From: Acidobacteriota bacterium
GTDB lineage: Bacteria > Acidobacteriota > Vicinamibacteria > Vicinamibacterales > CAVVIG01
Reading direction: 5' to 3'
Assembly: GCA_020850715.1 (NCBI GenBank)
Contig: JADZED010000080.1
Coordinates: 68,524 to 132,523 of the forward strand
DNA length: 64,000 nucleotides
The notes beneath the pieces are model-generated. The model was not told the DNA's origin, made no database searches, and saw nothing but the letters and a program-made list of their open reading frames with translations. Both the position numbers and the translations under genes were made by a program. The number at the start of each line of letters is the position of its first letter. Positions within the stretch are counted from its first letter, which is position 1. This document shows positions 53,010 to 63,011 of the stretch, piece by piece.

Positions 53010-53909
53010 ATGTCACAGGCGGTTCCCGGCGGCGAGGCGAAGGACCAGGAGGTGAAGGGCAGGATCAGGGAGCGGTACGGCGCGATCGCCCGTTCGGTCG
53101 GCGCCGGGCGCTGCGGGACGACGGCCTGCGGGTGCGGCGATCCGATCTCGTCGAATCTCTACTCGGGCGAGCAGACCGACGGCGTGCCCGCCGACGCGGT
53201 CGCCGCCTCGCTCGGCTGCGGCAACCCGACCTCGCTCCTCGCGCTCGAGCCGGGCGAGACAGTGCTCGATCTCGGCTCGGGCGCCGGACTCGACGTCCTG
53301 CTCTCGGCCCGGCGCGTCGGTCCGACCGGCAAGGCGTACGGGCTCGACATGACTGGCGAGATGCTCGCCCTCGCGCGCGAGAACCAGCGCAAGGCCGGCG
53401 CGGGCAACGTCGAGTTCCTCGAAGGCACGATCGAGGCGATTCCGCTGCCCGACCGCGCCGTCGACGCGATCATCTCCAACTGCGTGATCAACCTGTCGAC
53501 CGACAAGGACGCCGTGCTCCGCGAGGCATTCCGCGTCCTCAAACCCGGCGGTCGTCTCGGCGTGTCGGATGTCGTCACCCGCGGCGCCGGCGACGTGCCG
53601 GCCGAGATCCGGCGGAGCATGGAGCTGTGGATCGGCTGCATCGCCGGAGCGCTGTCGGAAGACGAGTACCGCGACAAGCTGCGCGCCGCCGGCTTCACCG
53701 ACATCGAGGTCGAACCGTGGCGGATCTACCGTCTCGAGGACGCGCGCGCCTATCTTGGCGAGGCCGGGCTCGACGTCGATCGGCTTGGATCGGCCGCCGA
53801 CGGCCGCTTCGCGAGCGCCTTCGTACGGGCGCGGAAGCCGATGGCGGCGGCGCGGCCCTGCTGCGGCTCCGATTGCTGCGCGGCGAGCAGCGTGCCCGCC
53901 GATTCGTGA
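53010..53909 (+). CDS. arsM: Arsenite S-adenosylmethionine methyltransferase
   Basis: 'RERYGAIA', Cys pairs 'CGCGDP' and 'LGCGNP', 'VLDLGSGAGLD', and 'ISNCVINL'. Confidence 0.8.
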   Translation: MSQAVPGGEAKDQEVKGRIRERYGAIARSVGAGRCGTTACGCGDPISSNLYSGEQTDGVPADAVAASLGCGNPTSLLALEPGETVLDLGSGAGLDVLLSARRVGPTGKAYGLDMTGEMLALARENQRKAGAGNVEFLEGTIEAIPLPDRAVDAIISNCVINLSTDKDAVLREAFRVLKPGGRLGVSDVVTRGAGDVPAEIRRSMELWIGCIAGALSEDEYRDKLRAAGFTDIEVEPWRIYRLEDARAYLGEAGLDVDRLGSAADGRFASAFVRARKPMAAARPCCGSDCCAASSVPADS

Positions 53910-54145
53910 AACGCCGGGCCGACGGGGGGCCGGTCCGCGAGCTACCCTGGCTCCCGCCCCACCGCACAGTCTCCGGCGGCGGGGACGCCGGGGCGCCCGG
54001 CGAACGTGGCGCGCGACGACCTGCGCCGCGCGGGGCGAGCTGACCGCCGCCAGCTCGCGGCAGGCGCCACAAGACGGCTGTCGCCGCCGGCGCTGCCGGC
54101 AGGGCGCCGATCCGCCCCAGCGAAGGCGGTAGAATTGGCGCACCG

Positions 54146-54934
54146 GTGCCAGGACGCTGCCCGCACATTCTGCTGCTGTTGGCGCTCGTCGCCGCTGTGC
54201 CGGCGCCTGCGCCGGCTCAGGGCCTGACGATCGCCGCCGCCTCGGATCTGCAGAGCGTGATGCCGATCGTGGCCGATCGATTCGAGCAGGCGACCGGCCA
54301 GACGGTCACCGTCACCTTCGGCTCCTCCGGCAACTTCTTCTCGCAGATCCAGAACGGCGCGCCGTTCGACCTGTTCTTCTCGGCCGACATCGACTATCCG
54401 CGGCGGCTTGCGGCCGACGGTCTCGTCGAGCCGGGCTCGATCACCCTCTACGCGATCGGCCGCCTGGTGCTGTGGGCGCGGAGGGCGTCGACGCTCGATG
54501 TGGCACGGGGCCTCCAGACGCTGCTCGATCCGCGCGTGCGGCGCGTGGCGATCGCGAACCCGGAGACCGCCCCGTATGGGCGCGCCGCCGTCGCGGCGCT
54601 GAGGCACGCCGGGCTGTATGATCGCGTGCGGCCGAAGCTGGTTCTCGGCGAGAACGTCGCGCAGGCCGCCCAGTTCGTCGATTCGGGCAACGCCGACGCG
54701 GGCCTCATTGCCGAATCGCTGGCGCTCGATCCGCGGCTGCGGGACCGGGGCGTCTCCCATGAGATTCCGGCCGGCGACTACCCGCCCATCGAACAGGCCG
54801 CGGCCATCGTGCAGGCGTCGAGCCGGAAGCCGGCGGCGCGCGCGTTCCTCGCATTCCTGCGCACGCCGGCGATCGTGCGGCTGATGCAGACCTACGGATT
54901 CACGGCCGGCGCCGCCGTGGACGGCGCGCGCTAG
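54146..54934 (+). CDS. modA: Molybdate ABC transporter substrate-binding protein
   Basis: Signal peptide (GTG start), 'TFGSSGNFFSQIQNGAPFDLFFSAD' and 'VAIANPETAPYG'. Confidence 0.85.
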   Translation: MPGRCPHILLLLALVAAVPAPAPAQGLTIAAASDLQSVMPIVADRFEQATGQTVTVTFGSSGNFFSQIQNGAPFDLFFSADIDYPRRLAADGLVEPGSITLYAIGRLVLWARRASTLDVARGLQTLLDPRVRRVAIANPETAPYGRAAVAALRHAGLYDRVRPKLVLGENVAQAAQFVDSGNADAGLIAESLALDPRLRDRGVSHEIPAGDYPPIEQAAAIVQASSRKPAARAFLAFLRTPAIVRLMQTYGFTAGAAVDGAR

Positions 54935-54942
54935 CCGGCGCC

Positions 54943-55617
54943 ATGGACTGGCAGGCCATCGTCCTCAGCATCCGCCTCGCGGCGATCGTGTGCGCCGTCC
55001 TGCTCGCGATCGGCCTGCCGATCGCGTACTGGCTCACGTTCTCGCGGTGGCGCTGGAAGTTCCTGGTCGAAGCGGTCGTGGCGCTGCCGCTCGTGCTGCC
55101 GCCGACGGTGCTCGGCTTCTACATGCTGCTGGCGATGGGATCGCGCAGCCCGCTGGGCCGCCTGTGGGAGCGCTGGACCGGACATCCCCTCGCCTTCACC
55201 TTCGACGGCCTGGTCATCGCCTCGATCCTCTATAGCCTGCCGTTCGCCGTGCAGCCGATTGCCGCGGCGTTCGCCCAGGTGGACCGCGGCCTGCTCGAGG
55301 CGTCCTCGACGCTCGGCAGTTCGCGCTGGCGCACGGCCGTGCGCATCGTCCTGCCCTTGTCGGTGCACGGCATCGTGGCCGGCGTCGTGCTCAGCTTCGC
55401 GCACACGCTCGGCGAGTTCGGCGTGGTGCTGATGGTCGGCGGCAACCTGCCCGGCCAGACGCGGACCGTGTCGATTGCCATCTACGATCAGGTGCAGGCG
55501 TTCCGCTACGGCGAGGCCAATGCGACGGCGCTGCTGCTGCTCGCGTTCTCGTTCGGCGTCCTGTCCATCGTCTACGCGTTGACGAGGCGTCCCCGGGCGA
55601 TCGCCTCGCGCACATGA
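54943..55617 (+). CDS. modB: Molybdate ABC transporter permease
   Basis: 224-aa permease with 'EASSTLGSSRWRTAVRIVLP' EAA-loop. Confidence 0.85.
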   Translation: MDWQAIVLSIRLAAIVCAVLLAIGLPIAYWLTFSRWRWKFLVEAVVALPLVLPPTVLGFYMLLAMGSRSPLGRLWERWTGHPLAFTFDGLVIASILYSLPFAVQPIAAAFAQVDRGLLEASSTLGSSRWRTAVRIVLPLSVHGIVAGVVLSFAHTLGEFGVVLMVGGNLPGQTRTVSIAIYDQVQAFRYGEANATALLLLAFSFGVLSIVYALTRRPRAIASRT

Positions 55618-56711
55618 CGCTGGCGGCCACGATCCGCGCGCGGCTCTCGCACGACTTCACGCTCGATGTCCGGTTCGAGGCGCCGCCTGGCGTCACGATG
55701 GTATTCGGCGAGTCGGGGTCGGGGAAGACGACGATCCTGAGGTGCCTGGCGGGGCTGCACAGGCCGGATGAAGGGCGCATCGCGATCGGCGCCCTCGTCG
55801 CGTTCGATTCAGGGCTGCGGATCGACGTCGCCGCGCGCCGGCGCGGGCTCGGGTACGTGTCTCAGGACCTCGCGCTGTTCCCCCACATGACGGTCGCGCA
55901 GAACCTGCAGTACGGGCTCGCGCGGCTCCCGGCGACGGAACGGCGGCGGCGAATCGGGGCGATCGCCGCGCAGTTCCGGATCGATCATCTGCTGGCGCGC
56001 CGGCCTGGCGGAATCTCCGGCGGCGAGCGCCAGCGGGCGGCGCTCGCGCGCGCGCTCGTCACCGATCCGCAGTTGCTGCTGCTCGACGAGCCGCTGTCGG
56101 CGCTCGACCACGTGACCCGGTCGCGCATCATCGAGGATCTGCGGGGCTGGAACGCCGCGCATGCGATCCCCGTCCTCTACGTGACCCACTCGCACCGGGA
56201 GGTGTTCGCGCTGGGCGAGCGTGTGATCGCATTGGAGCGCGGGCGCGTCGTCGCCGAGGGCCGCCCGCAGGAGGTGCTCGACACGCCGGCCCACGAGCCG
56301 CTCGCGCAGCTGGCCGGATTCGAGAACGTCTTCGACGCCACCGTGCTCGGCGCCGACGCGGCGAACGGCACGATGCGCTGCCTCCTGCCAGGCGGCGCCG
56401 AGCTCGAGGTGCCGCTCGCACGCGCCGCGCCGGGCGCCGGCATCCGTATCGCGATCCGCGCCGGCGATATTCTCCTCGCGGCCGGTGAACCGAGCGGCCT
56501 GAGCGCGCGCAACGCGCTGCGCGGCGAGGTGAGGTCGATTGAGCGGGAGGGGGCCGCGGCGATCGTGATGGTCGACGCGGGCTGCCGGTTCCAGGTGCAC
56601 GTCACGCCCGCGGCCGTCGAGTCGCTGGGCCTGGCGGGGGGGCAGCCGGTCTGGCTGGTCGTGAAGACCTATTCGTGCCGCGTGGTCTGGAACCAGTCGC
56701 GCGAATCCTGA
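55614..56711 (+). CDS. modC: Molybdate ABC transporter ATP-binding protein with C-terminal TOBE/Mop domain
   Basis: 'GESGSGKTT', 'ISGGERQR' and 'LLLLDEP'. ATG overlaps the modB stop. Confidence 0.85.
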   Translation: MTLAATIRARLSHDFTLDVRFEAPPGVTMVFGESGSGKTTILRCLAGLHRPDEGRIAIGALVAFDSGLRIDVAARRRGLGYVSQDLALFPHMTVAQNLQYGLARLPATERRRRIGAIAAQFRIDHLLARRPGGISGGERQRAALARALVTDPQLLLLDEPLSALDHVTRSRIIEDLRGWNAAHAIPVLYVTHSHREVFALGERVIALERGRVVAEGRPQEVLDTPAHEPLAQLAGFENVFDATVLGADAANGTMRCLLPGGAELEVPLARAAPGAGIRIAIRAGDILLAAGEPSGLSARNALRGEVRSIEREGAAAIVMVDAGCRFQVHVTPAAVESLGLAGGQPVWLVVKTYSCRVVWNQSRES

Positions 56712-56713
56712 TC

Positions 56714-57100
56714 TCAGGCCGGCGCGACGCAGGCGCGGATCGTGTCGATCAGGACCGACGGCGGGCAGGGCTTGCCGAGGTGGTGATCGCACCCCGCGCG
56801 CATCGAGCCCACGCGCTCGTGCGGGAGATCCGAGCCCGTCAGGGCGATGATCGGGATCTCCCTGGTGGCCGGCTGCTGCTTGAGGCGCCGGGCCACCTCC
56901 CACCCGTCGATATCGGGGAGCCCGAGATCCAGCACGATCACGTCGGGCCGGGAGTTTCTCACGATGGCCAGCGCGTCGCCGCCGGTCGCGGCTTCCAGCA
57001 CGTCGTAACCCGAGCCATGGAGGAAGAGCGCGTAGCCGCGGCGCGCGGCGTCATGATCGTCGATGAGCAGCACACGGATGGCCGCCGTCGTTCGAGACAC
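56714..57100 (-). CDS. Single-domain response regulator (CheY-like receiver)
   Basis: 'VLLIDDHD', 'DVIVLDLGLPDIDGWE' and 'HLGKP'. Confidence 0.85.
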   Translation of the reverse strand: MSRTTAAIRVLLIDDHDAARRGYALFLHGSGYDVLEAATGGDALAIVRNSRPDVIVLDLGLPDIDGWEVARRLKQQPATREIPIIALTGSDLPHERVGSMRAGCDHHLGKPCPPSVLIDTIRACVAPA

Positions 57101-57279
57101 TCGCGGCCATGGTAGCGCCTATCGGCGGGGGAGTCACCATGCCACGGGTGACCCCGACCGTGTAAATTTCACACGGTGCACGGCGTTCGAGCGAACGCGC
57201 CGGCTGCCGCCGCCTGTTTTCCCGGGCATTGTGCGGTTCTGGCTGGTCCTGCTGTTGCAGGCGTCGCGACGGAGCCACT

Positions 57280-59643
57280 GTGTTCAGTGAACATCTTTCA
57301 TCCGCGATCGCCGAGCTCCGGCCGGCCTACGCACGCCACCGACTGCTGGTCGGCGGCCTCGGAGCGGCGCTGGCGCTGGCCGCCCTGCTTCCGCTCGTCG
57401 CCGCTCTTTGGGTCGCCGTCGACGTCGTGTCGGCACGCGGCGGCCTTCCCGGCCCTGCCGCCATCGGCCGCATCGACCAACTCGATCAGGCGACCGCGAT
57501 CTTCGACGACCAGGACCGGCTCGCATTCACGATCTACAAGGAGCAACGCATCGCGGTGAGGTTGGATCAGGTGTCGCCGATCCTGGTCCAGGCGATCCTG
57601 GCCATCGAGGATCAGCGCTTCTACGAGCATCACGGCTACGACATCGTCCGGATGCTGTCGGCGGCGATCGCCAACCTCAGGCATCAGCGCCTCGCCCAGG
57701 GGGCGAGCACCATCACGCAGCAGCTCGCGCGGCAAAGCTTCCTGGCGCCCGACAAGACGCTGCACCGCAAGATCCAGGAACTGATCCTCGCCAGCCGCAT
57801 CGAGGCGCAGTTTGCCAAGCCGCAGATCCTGGAGATGTATCTGAACAAGGTGTACTTCGGCGACGGCCTCTACGGCGTCGAAGCGGCGGCGCGCGGCTAC
57901 TTCGGCCGGCACGCGTCGGAGCTGACCCTGGCGGAAGCGGCGCTGGTCGCCGGCCTCGTCAAGTCGCCGTCGACGTATGCGCCGACGGTCAGCCCGCAGC
58001 GGGCCGTCGCGCGCCGCGACGTGGTGCTGCAGGCGATGCTCGACAACGGCGCCATCGATCGCGCCGCGTTCGACGCGGCGAAGGCGTCCACCCTCTCCCT
58101 GTCCGACGGGCTGCGCCAGCTGGCGCCGCACGGCGAGTACTTCAAGGAGGAGGTGCGGCTCCAGCTGATCGATCGATTCGGCTGGGAGCGGGTCTACCAG
58201 GGCGGCCTCAAGGTCTATACGACGCTCGACATGCCGATGCAGGAGGCCGCCGAATCGGCGATTGCCGAGTCGATGGCGACGCTCGACGCGCGGCGTCAGG
58301 CTCTCGCCAGGCGGCGCGCCGCGCGCAGGCAGGCGGCGCCGGTTCCCGACGTGGCGCCGCTGCAGGGTGCGCTGATTGCGCTCGATCCGCACACCGGCCA
58401 CGTGCGCGCCATGGTGGGCGGCCGCGATTTCGAACGCAGCCATTTCAACCGCGCGATGCAGGCGCGCCGCCAGCCGGGCTCGGCGTTCAAGCCGTTCGTC
58501 TACGCCGCGGCGCTCGAATCGGGCTTCACGCCGGCGACGATGATCGATCATCTCGACGAGGCGATCGAGACGCCGCAGGGCGCGTGGACGCCCGAAGACG
58601 GGCACGCCGGCGAGGGTCCGATGAGCCTCCGGGCCGCGCTGCGCCTGTCGAGCAATCGCGCCGCGGTGCAGCTGCTGCAGGAGGTCGGTATCCCGAGGAC
58701 CGTCGAGTACGCCAGGGAGATGGGCGTCGGCGCCGTGCCGAGCGTGCCCTCGCTCGCGCTCGGATCGGGCGAGGTCACGCTGGCGTCGATGACGGCCGCC
58801 TACGCGGCGTTCGCCAATGCCGGCCGCGTGCCGAAGGTGCGGCTGATCCGCCGCGTCGAGGACCGCGGCGGACACGTGCTCTACGAGGCCGAGGACGAGG
58901 CGACGCAGGTCCTCGACGAGACGACGGCGTTCCTGATGTCGAGCATGCTCGCCGACGTCGTGAACGCCGGCACCGCGTACCGCGCACGCCAGCTCGGGTT
59001 CACGCTGCCGGCCGCCGGCAAGACCGGAACGACCAACGCGTTCAAGGACGCGTGGTTCATCGGCTACACGCCGCACCTCGCCGCGGGTGTCTGGATCGGA
59101 TTCGATCAGCCGCAGACGATTCTGCCCAACGGCTTCGCCGCCGATCTTGCGGTCCCTGTCTGGGCCAGCTTCATGAAAGCGGCGACCAGAGAGGACGGTC
59201 GCGACTGGTTCGAGACGCCCGACGGCGTGACCACGGCGGCGGTGTGCCGGCTGTCGGGCAAGCTCGCGACCGAAGGGTGCCAGGGCGTCGACGTGGCCGA
59301 CGCGGAAGGACGGCTCGAGCGGCGCTCGATGGTGTACACCGAGTACTTCGCTCCCGGCACCGCGCCGACCGAGTACTGCAATCTTCACGACCGGCGCGGA
59401 TTCTTCTCGAGCCTCGCCGCGCTTCTCGGCGGACACGGCCCCGCGCCGCCGCCGGCGGCGCCCGCCGCAGAGCCGCCGCCCACGCCCGCGATCGCGCCGC
59501 GGCCGGCGGCGCCGATCCCGGAGGCGCCGCCGGCGAAGGTCGAGAAGCAGAGGAAGCGGGGCTTCTGGGCGCGGCTGCTGGGCATCGGGGAAGGCGGCGC
59601 CAAGAGGTCGGACGACCGGAAGGAGCAGTCCGACCGAAGATGA
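57280..59643 (+). CDS. mrcA: Class A penicillin-binding protein (PBP1A-type transglycosylase/transpeptidase) with Pro/Ala-rich C-terminal tail
   Basis: GT51 'EDQRFYEHHG'; transpeptidase 'SAFKPF' (SxxK), 'LSSN' (SxN) and 'KTGTT'. The start (GTG 57280) is uncertain. Confidence 0.85.
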   Translation: MFSEHLSSAIAELRPAYARHRLLVGGLGAALALAALLPLVAALWVAVDVVSARGGLPGPAAIGRIDQLDQATAIFDDQDRLAFTIYKEQRIAVRLDQVSPILVQAILAIEDQRFYEHHGYDIVRMLSAAIANLRHQRLAQGASTITQQLARQSFLAPDKTLHRKIQELILASRIEAQFAKPQILEMYLNKVYFGDGLYGVEAAARGYFGRHASELTLAEAALVAGLVKSPSTYAPTVSPQRAVARRDVVLQAMLDNGAIDRAAFDAAKASTLSLSDGLRQLAPHGEYFKEEVRLQLIDRFGWERVYQGGLKVYTTLDMPMQEAAESAIAESMATLDARRQALARRRAARRQAAPVPDVAPLQGALIALDPHTGHVRAMVGGRDFERSHFNRAMQARRQPGSAFKPFVYAAALESGFTPATMIDHLDEAIETPQGAWTPEDGHAGEGPMSLRAALRLSSNRAAVQLLQEVGIPRTVEYAREMGVGAVPSVPSLALGSGEVTLASMTAAYAAFANAGRVPKVRLIRRVEDRGGHVLYEAEDEATQVLDETTAFLMSSMLADVVNAGTAYRARQLGFTLPAAGKTGTTNAFKDAWFIGYTPHLAAGVWIGFDQPQTILPNGFAADLAVPVWASFMKAATREDGRDWFETPDGVTTAAVCRLSGKLATEGCQGVDVADAEGRLERRSMVYTEYFAPGTAPTEYCNLHDRRGFFSSLAALLGGHGPAPPPAAPAAEPPPTPAIAPRPAAPIPEAPPAKVEKQRKRGFWARLLGIGEGGAKRSDDRKEQSDRR

Positions 59644-59656
59644 GCCACGCCGGCGC

Positions 59657-60697
59657 GTGATACGATTCGCCTCGGTTCGCGCCGTGCCGTTCCGGGATCT
59701 CATCGGTCACCGCCAGATCGTCGCGCTGCTCGCGCGCGCCGTCGCCCACGGATCGCTGCCGCAGAGTCTGGTCTTCGCGGGACCCTCCGGCACGGGCAAG
59801 CGGCTCGCCGCCATCGCGACCGCGCAGGCGGCCAATTGCGGAGGCGCTCGCGCCGCCTCGGCGCTGGCGGTCGATGCCTGCGGCATCTGCCCCGCATGCG
59901 TACGCATCGCGCGCGGCGTGCACCCGGACGTGCCGATCCTCGCGCCTGGCGATGCCGGCCATATCCGGATCGACGACGTGCGCGACGCGATCGGTCGTGC
60001 CGCCTACCGGCCGTTCGAAGGACGGCGTCGCGTCGTGATCATCGACGAGGCCGATGCGCTGGTCGACGCGGCGCAGAACGCGTTGTTGAAGACGCTCGAG
60101 GAGCCGCCGCCGAGCTCCACGTTCATCCTGGTCACTGCGCGCCCCGATCTCCTGCTGCCGACAGTCCGCTCGCGCTGCCAGCGGCTGAGGTTCGGGCCGC
60201 TTGGCGCGGAGGATATCGCCGCGGCGCTCATGGCGCGCGGCGTGGCCGAGCCCGAGGCGCGCGTGCTGGCCGATGCCGCCGAGGGGAGCCTCGGCCGGGC
60301 GCTCGCTGCGAGCGCCGGCGAGCTCGGCGAGGCGCGCCGCGTGGCGCAGCGCGTGCTCGAGCGATCGGCCGCGGCATCCGAGCCGGCACGCCGGATCGAC
60401 GCGGCCAAGGACCTGCTGGCCAGGACCGGCGCCGGCGGCGCGGGCGATCGCGAGCAGCTCGCCGCGCACCTGCGCGCGATGGCGTCGCTGCTGCGCGACA
60501 TCGTGCTCCTGGCAACCCGCGCGGACGCTCGCGCGCTCGCCAATCCCGACGTGCGGAGGTCGCTCGAACCTCTCGCCGGGACATACCGGGGCGAGCGCGG
60601 CGTGCGCGCGTTTTCCGCGATCGATCGGGCGCTGGCCGCGCTGGACCGGAACGCGGGGGTCAAGGTGGTGGCCGACTGGCTGGTGCTGCAACTGTAG
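59657..60697 (+). CDS. holB: DNA polymerase III subunit delta prime
   Basis: 'FAGPSGTGKRL', zinc module 'CGICPACVRI' and 'IIDEADAL...NALLKTLEEPP'. Confidence 0.8.
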   Translation: MIRFASVRAVPFRDLIGHRQIVALLARAVAHGSLPQSLVFAGPSGTGKRLAAIATAQAANCGGARAASALAVDACGICPACVRIARGVHPDVPILAPGDAGHIRIDDVRDAIGRAAYRPFEGRRRVVIIDEADALVDAAQNALLKTLEEPPPSSTFILVTARPDLLLPTVRSRCQRLRFGPLGAEDIAAALMARGVAEPEARVLADAAEGSLGRALAASAGELGEARRVAQRVLERSAAASEPARRIDAAKDLLARTGAGGAGDREQLAAHLRAMASLLRDIVLLATRADARALANPDVRRSLEPLAGTYRGERGVRAFSAIDRALAALDRNAGVKVVADWLVLQL

Positions 60698-60794
60698 ATC
60701 GCACACGGGTTGCGACTCCCGATTTCCAGCCGCGAGCTTTCACCCTGAGCCTCCACCCCCGGGCCTCCGGCCCCCGCTCGTTCGTCATAATGGT

Positions 60795-61598
60795 GTGTCC
60801 GTGGCCGATCCGGTTCCCGTGCGCCTCGTTCCGGTCAAGCTGACGCCTGTCGGCCGCGCCCATTTCCTGCCGGCCGACCTGCCCGGCGGGCCGGCGCCCG
60901 GCGCGGGCGTCCAGGTGGTCGTCCAGAGCGACGCCGGCCAGACCCTCGGTACCGTCGTTCGCTCCGCCCCTCAGATCGACGCGAAACGTCGTCCGCGCTC
61001 CGATACGCCCGCCCGCGTCGTCCGCCTCGCCACGCGCGAGGACGTGGTCACGCGCCTGAAGCACGAACACCGGGAGCGCGAGGCGCTGCGGATGGCGGGG
61101 CTGAAGATCCGCGAGCGCGGGCTGAGCATGAAGCTGACGCGCGTCGAGCAGACGCTCGACGGCTCCCGGCTGATCTTCTATTTCACCGCCGAAGCGCGCG
61201 TCGATTTCCGGGAGCTGGTGCGCGAGCTGGCCGCCGAGTTCCACACCCGCATCGAGATGCGGCAGATCGGCGTGCGCGACGAGGCCAGGATGCTGGGCGG
61301 CTACGGCACCTGCGGCCGGCCGCTCTGCTGCACGACGTTTCTCACGTCGTTCGAGCCCATCTCGATCAAGATGGCCAAGCAGCAGGACCTGAGCCTGAAC
61401 CCGTCGAAGCTCGCCGGCCTCTGCGGCCGGCTGAAATGCTGCCTGCGCTACGAGCTGCCGAACGCCAAGGGCGTGGTGCACGGCGGCTGCGGCAGCGAGG
61501 GAGACTGCGACAACCCGACCGGCTGCGGCACGTGCGGGAGCGGCGGCGGCTGCGATGCCTGCGGGGCGGGCGGCTGCGGGTCGTGCGGGCCGCGATGA
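60795..61598 (+). CDS. PSP1 domain protein (YaaT/RicT-like) with Cys/Gly-rich C-terminal tail
   Basis: 'LIFYFTAEARVDFRELVRELA', 'IEMRQIGVRDEA' and 'CGRPLCC...CGRLKCCLRYE'. GTG 60795 or 60801 as start. Confidence 0.75.
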   Translation: MSVADPVPVRLVPVKLTPVGRAHFLPADLPGGPAPGAGVQVVVQSDAGQTLGTVVRSAPQIDAKRRPRSDTPARVVRLATREDVVTRLKHEHREREALRMAGLKIRERGLSMKLTRVEQTLDGSRLIFYFTAEARVDFRELVRELAAEFHTRIEMRQIGVRDEARMLGGYGTCGRPLCCTTFLTSFEPISIKMAKQQDLSLNPSKLAGLCGRLKCCLRYELPNAKGVVHGGCGSEGDCDNPTGCGTCGSGGGCDACGAGGCGSCGPR

Positions 61599-62467
61599 GC
61601 CGCCCGCGCGTCGCGATCACGGCGGGAGATCCCGCGGGGATTGGTCCCGAGATCGCCGCGCGCGCGGCGGAGGATTCCCGCGTGCTCGCCTCGTGCGAGC
61701 CGATCGTCTATGGTCCGCCGGCGGGCGACGCGTTCACGCCCGGCCGGCTCAGCGCCGCCGCCGGACGGGCCGCCTACGACGCGATTGTACGGGCGGTCGA
61801 GGACGCGCAGGCCCGCCGCATCGACGCGGTGGCCACCGCGCCGGTGAACAAGGAGGCCTTCAGGCTCGCGGGGCTGCCCTGGACCGGGCACACCGATCTG
61901 CTGGCCCACCTCACGGCGTCGCCGCGGGTGGCGATGATGTTCCACTCGGAGAGGCTGCGCGTGGTGCTCGCGACCGTGCACGTGCGGCTCGCGGAGGTGC
62001 CCCAGCGGCTGACGCGCGCCGCGATGGAGGCGACGATCGCCCTCGCCGCGCGCGAGCTGCCACGGTTTGGCTTCGCCCGGCCGCGCCTCGCCGTCGCCGG
62101 ACTGAATCCGCACGCTGGCGAGCACGGCCTGTTCGGCGACGAGGAGGCGCGCGCGATCGCTCCGGCCGTCGCCTCGTGCCGCGCCGAGGGGATCATCGTC
62201 TCCGGCCCGTTCCCTGGCGACTCGGTCTTCGTCCGCGCCGTCCGCGGCGAGTTCGATGCCGTCGTTGCCTGCTACCACGATCAGGGGCTCATTCCGGTGA
62301 AACTGCTGGCATTCGGCCAGGCCGTGAACGTGACGCTCGGGTTGCCGATTGTCAGGACCTCGGTTGATCATGGGACGGCGTTCGACATCGCCGGCCGGGG
62401 CGCCGCCAGCGCGGAGAGCATGATCGCCGCCGTGCTGCTGGCCGCCAGACTGGCGGCGCAGGCTTGA
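61595..62467 (+). CDS. pdxA: 4-hydroxythreonine-4-phosphate dehydrogenase
   Basis: '[13 protein letters not shown]', 'TGHTDLLA', 'NPHAGE' and 'YHDQGLIP...[11 protein letters not shown]'. ATG overlaps the PSP1 stop. Confidence 0.85.
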   Translation: MSRPRVAITAGDPAGIGPEIAARAAEDSRVLASCEPIVYGPPAGDAFTPGRLSAAAGRAAYDAIVRAVEDAQARRIDAVATAPVNKEAFRLAGLPWTGHTDLLAHLTASPRVAMMFHSERLRVVLATVHVRLAEVPQRLTRAAMEATIALAARELPRFGFARPRLAVAGLNPHAGEHGLFGDEEARAIAPAVASCRAEGIIVSGPFPGDSVFVRAVRGEFDAVVACYHDQGLIPVKLLAFGQAVNVTLGLPIVRTSVDHGTAFDIAGRGAASAESMIAAVLLAARLAAQA

Positions 62468-62522
62468 AGGCCTGCACGACGAACCGAACCGGCCGTGCCG
62501 GCGCACGAGTCCGCCCCTCCCC

Positions 62523-62999
62523 ATGAAAGAGAAGACCGAACGCGAGCTCGCGCAGGCGAACATCGCCGAGAACCGGAAGGCGTTCCACGACTACCACCTG
62601 CTCGAGACCTTCGAGGCGGGCGTGGTGCTGCTCGGCACCGAGGTGAAGGCGATCCGCGAAGGACGCGTCAACCTGCGCGACAGCTTCGCGCGCGTGGAGG
62701 ACGGCGAGGTCTTCGTCTACAACGTGAACATCAGTCCCTACAGCCATCGCGGCTACGCCGATCACGAGCCGCTGCGGCGGCGGAAGCTGCTGCTGCACCG
62801 CAGCGAGATCCGCAAGCTCATCGGCCGGACGGTCGAGAAGGGGCTCACGCTCGTCCCGCTGCGCATGTACTTCAAGGACGGGCGCGTGAAGATGGCGGTC
62901 TCGCTGGCGAAGGGGAAGAAGGACTACGACAAGCGCGAGACGATCAGACGCCGCGACGCCGATCGGGAGACCCGTGCGGCGGTCAAGGCGCGACGCTAG
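62523..62999 (+). CDS. smpB: SsrA-binding protein
   Basis: '[27 protein letters not shown]' and '[12 protein letters not shown]'. Confidence 0.95.
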   Translation: MKEKTERELAQANIAENRKAFHDYHLLETFEAGVVLLGTEVKAIREGRVNLRDSFARVEDGEVFVYNVNISPYSHRGYADHEPLRRRKLLLHRSEIRKLIGRTVEKGLTLVPLRMYFKDGRVKMAVSLAKGKKDYDKRETIRRRDADRETRAAVKARR

Positions 63000-63011
63000 A
63001 ATGATCGCCTG

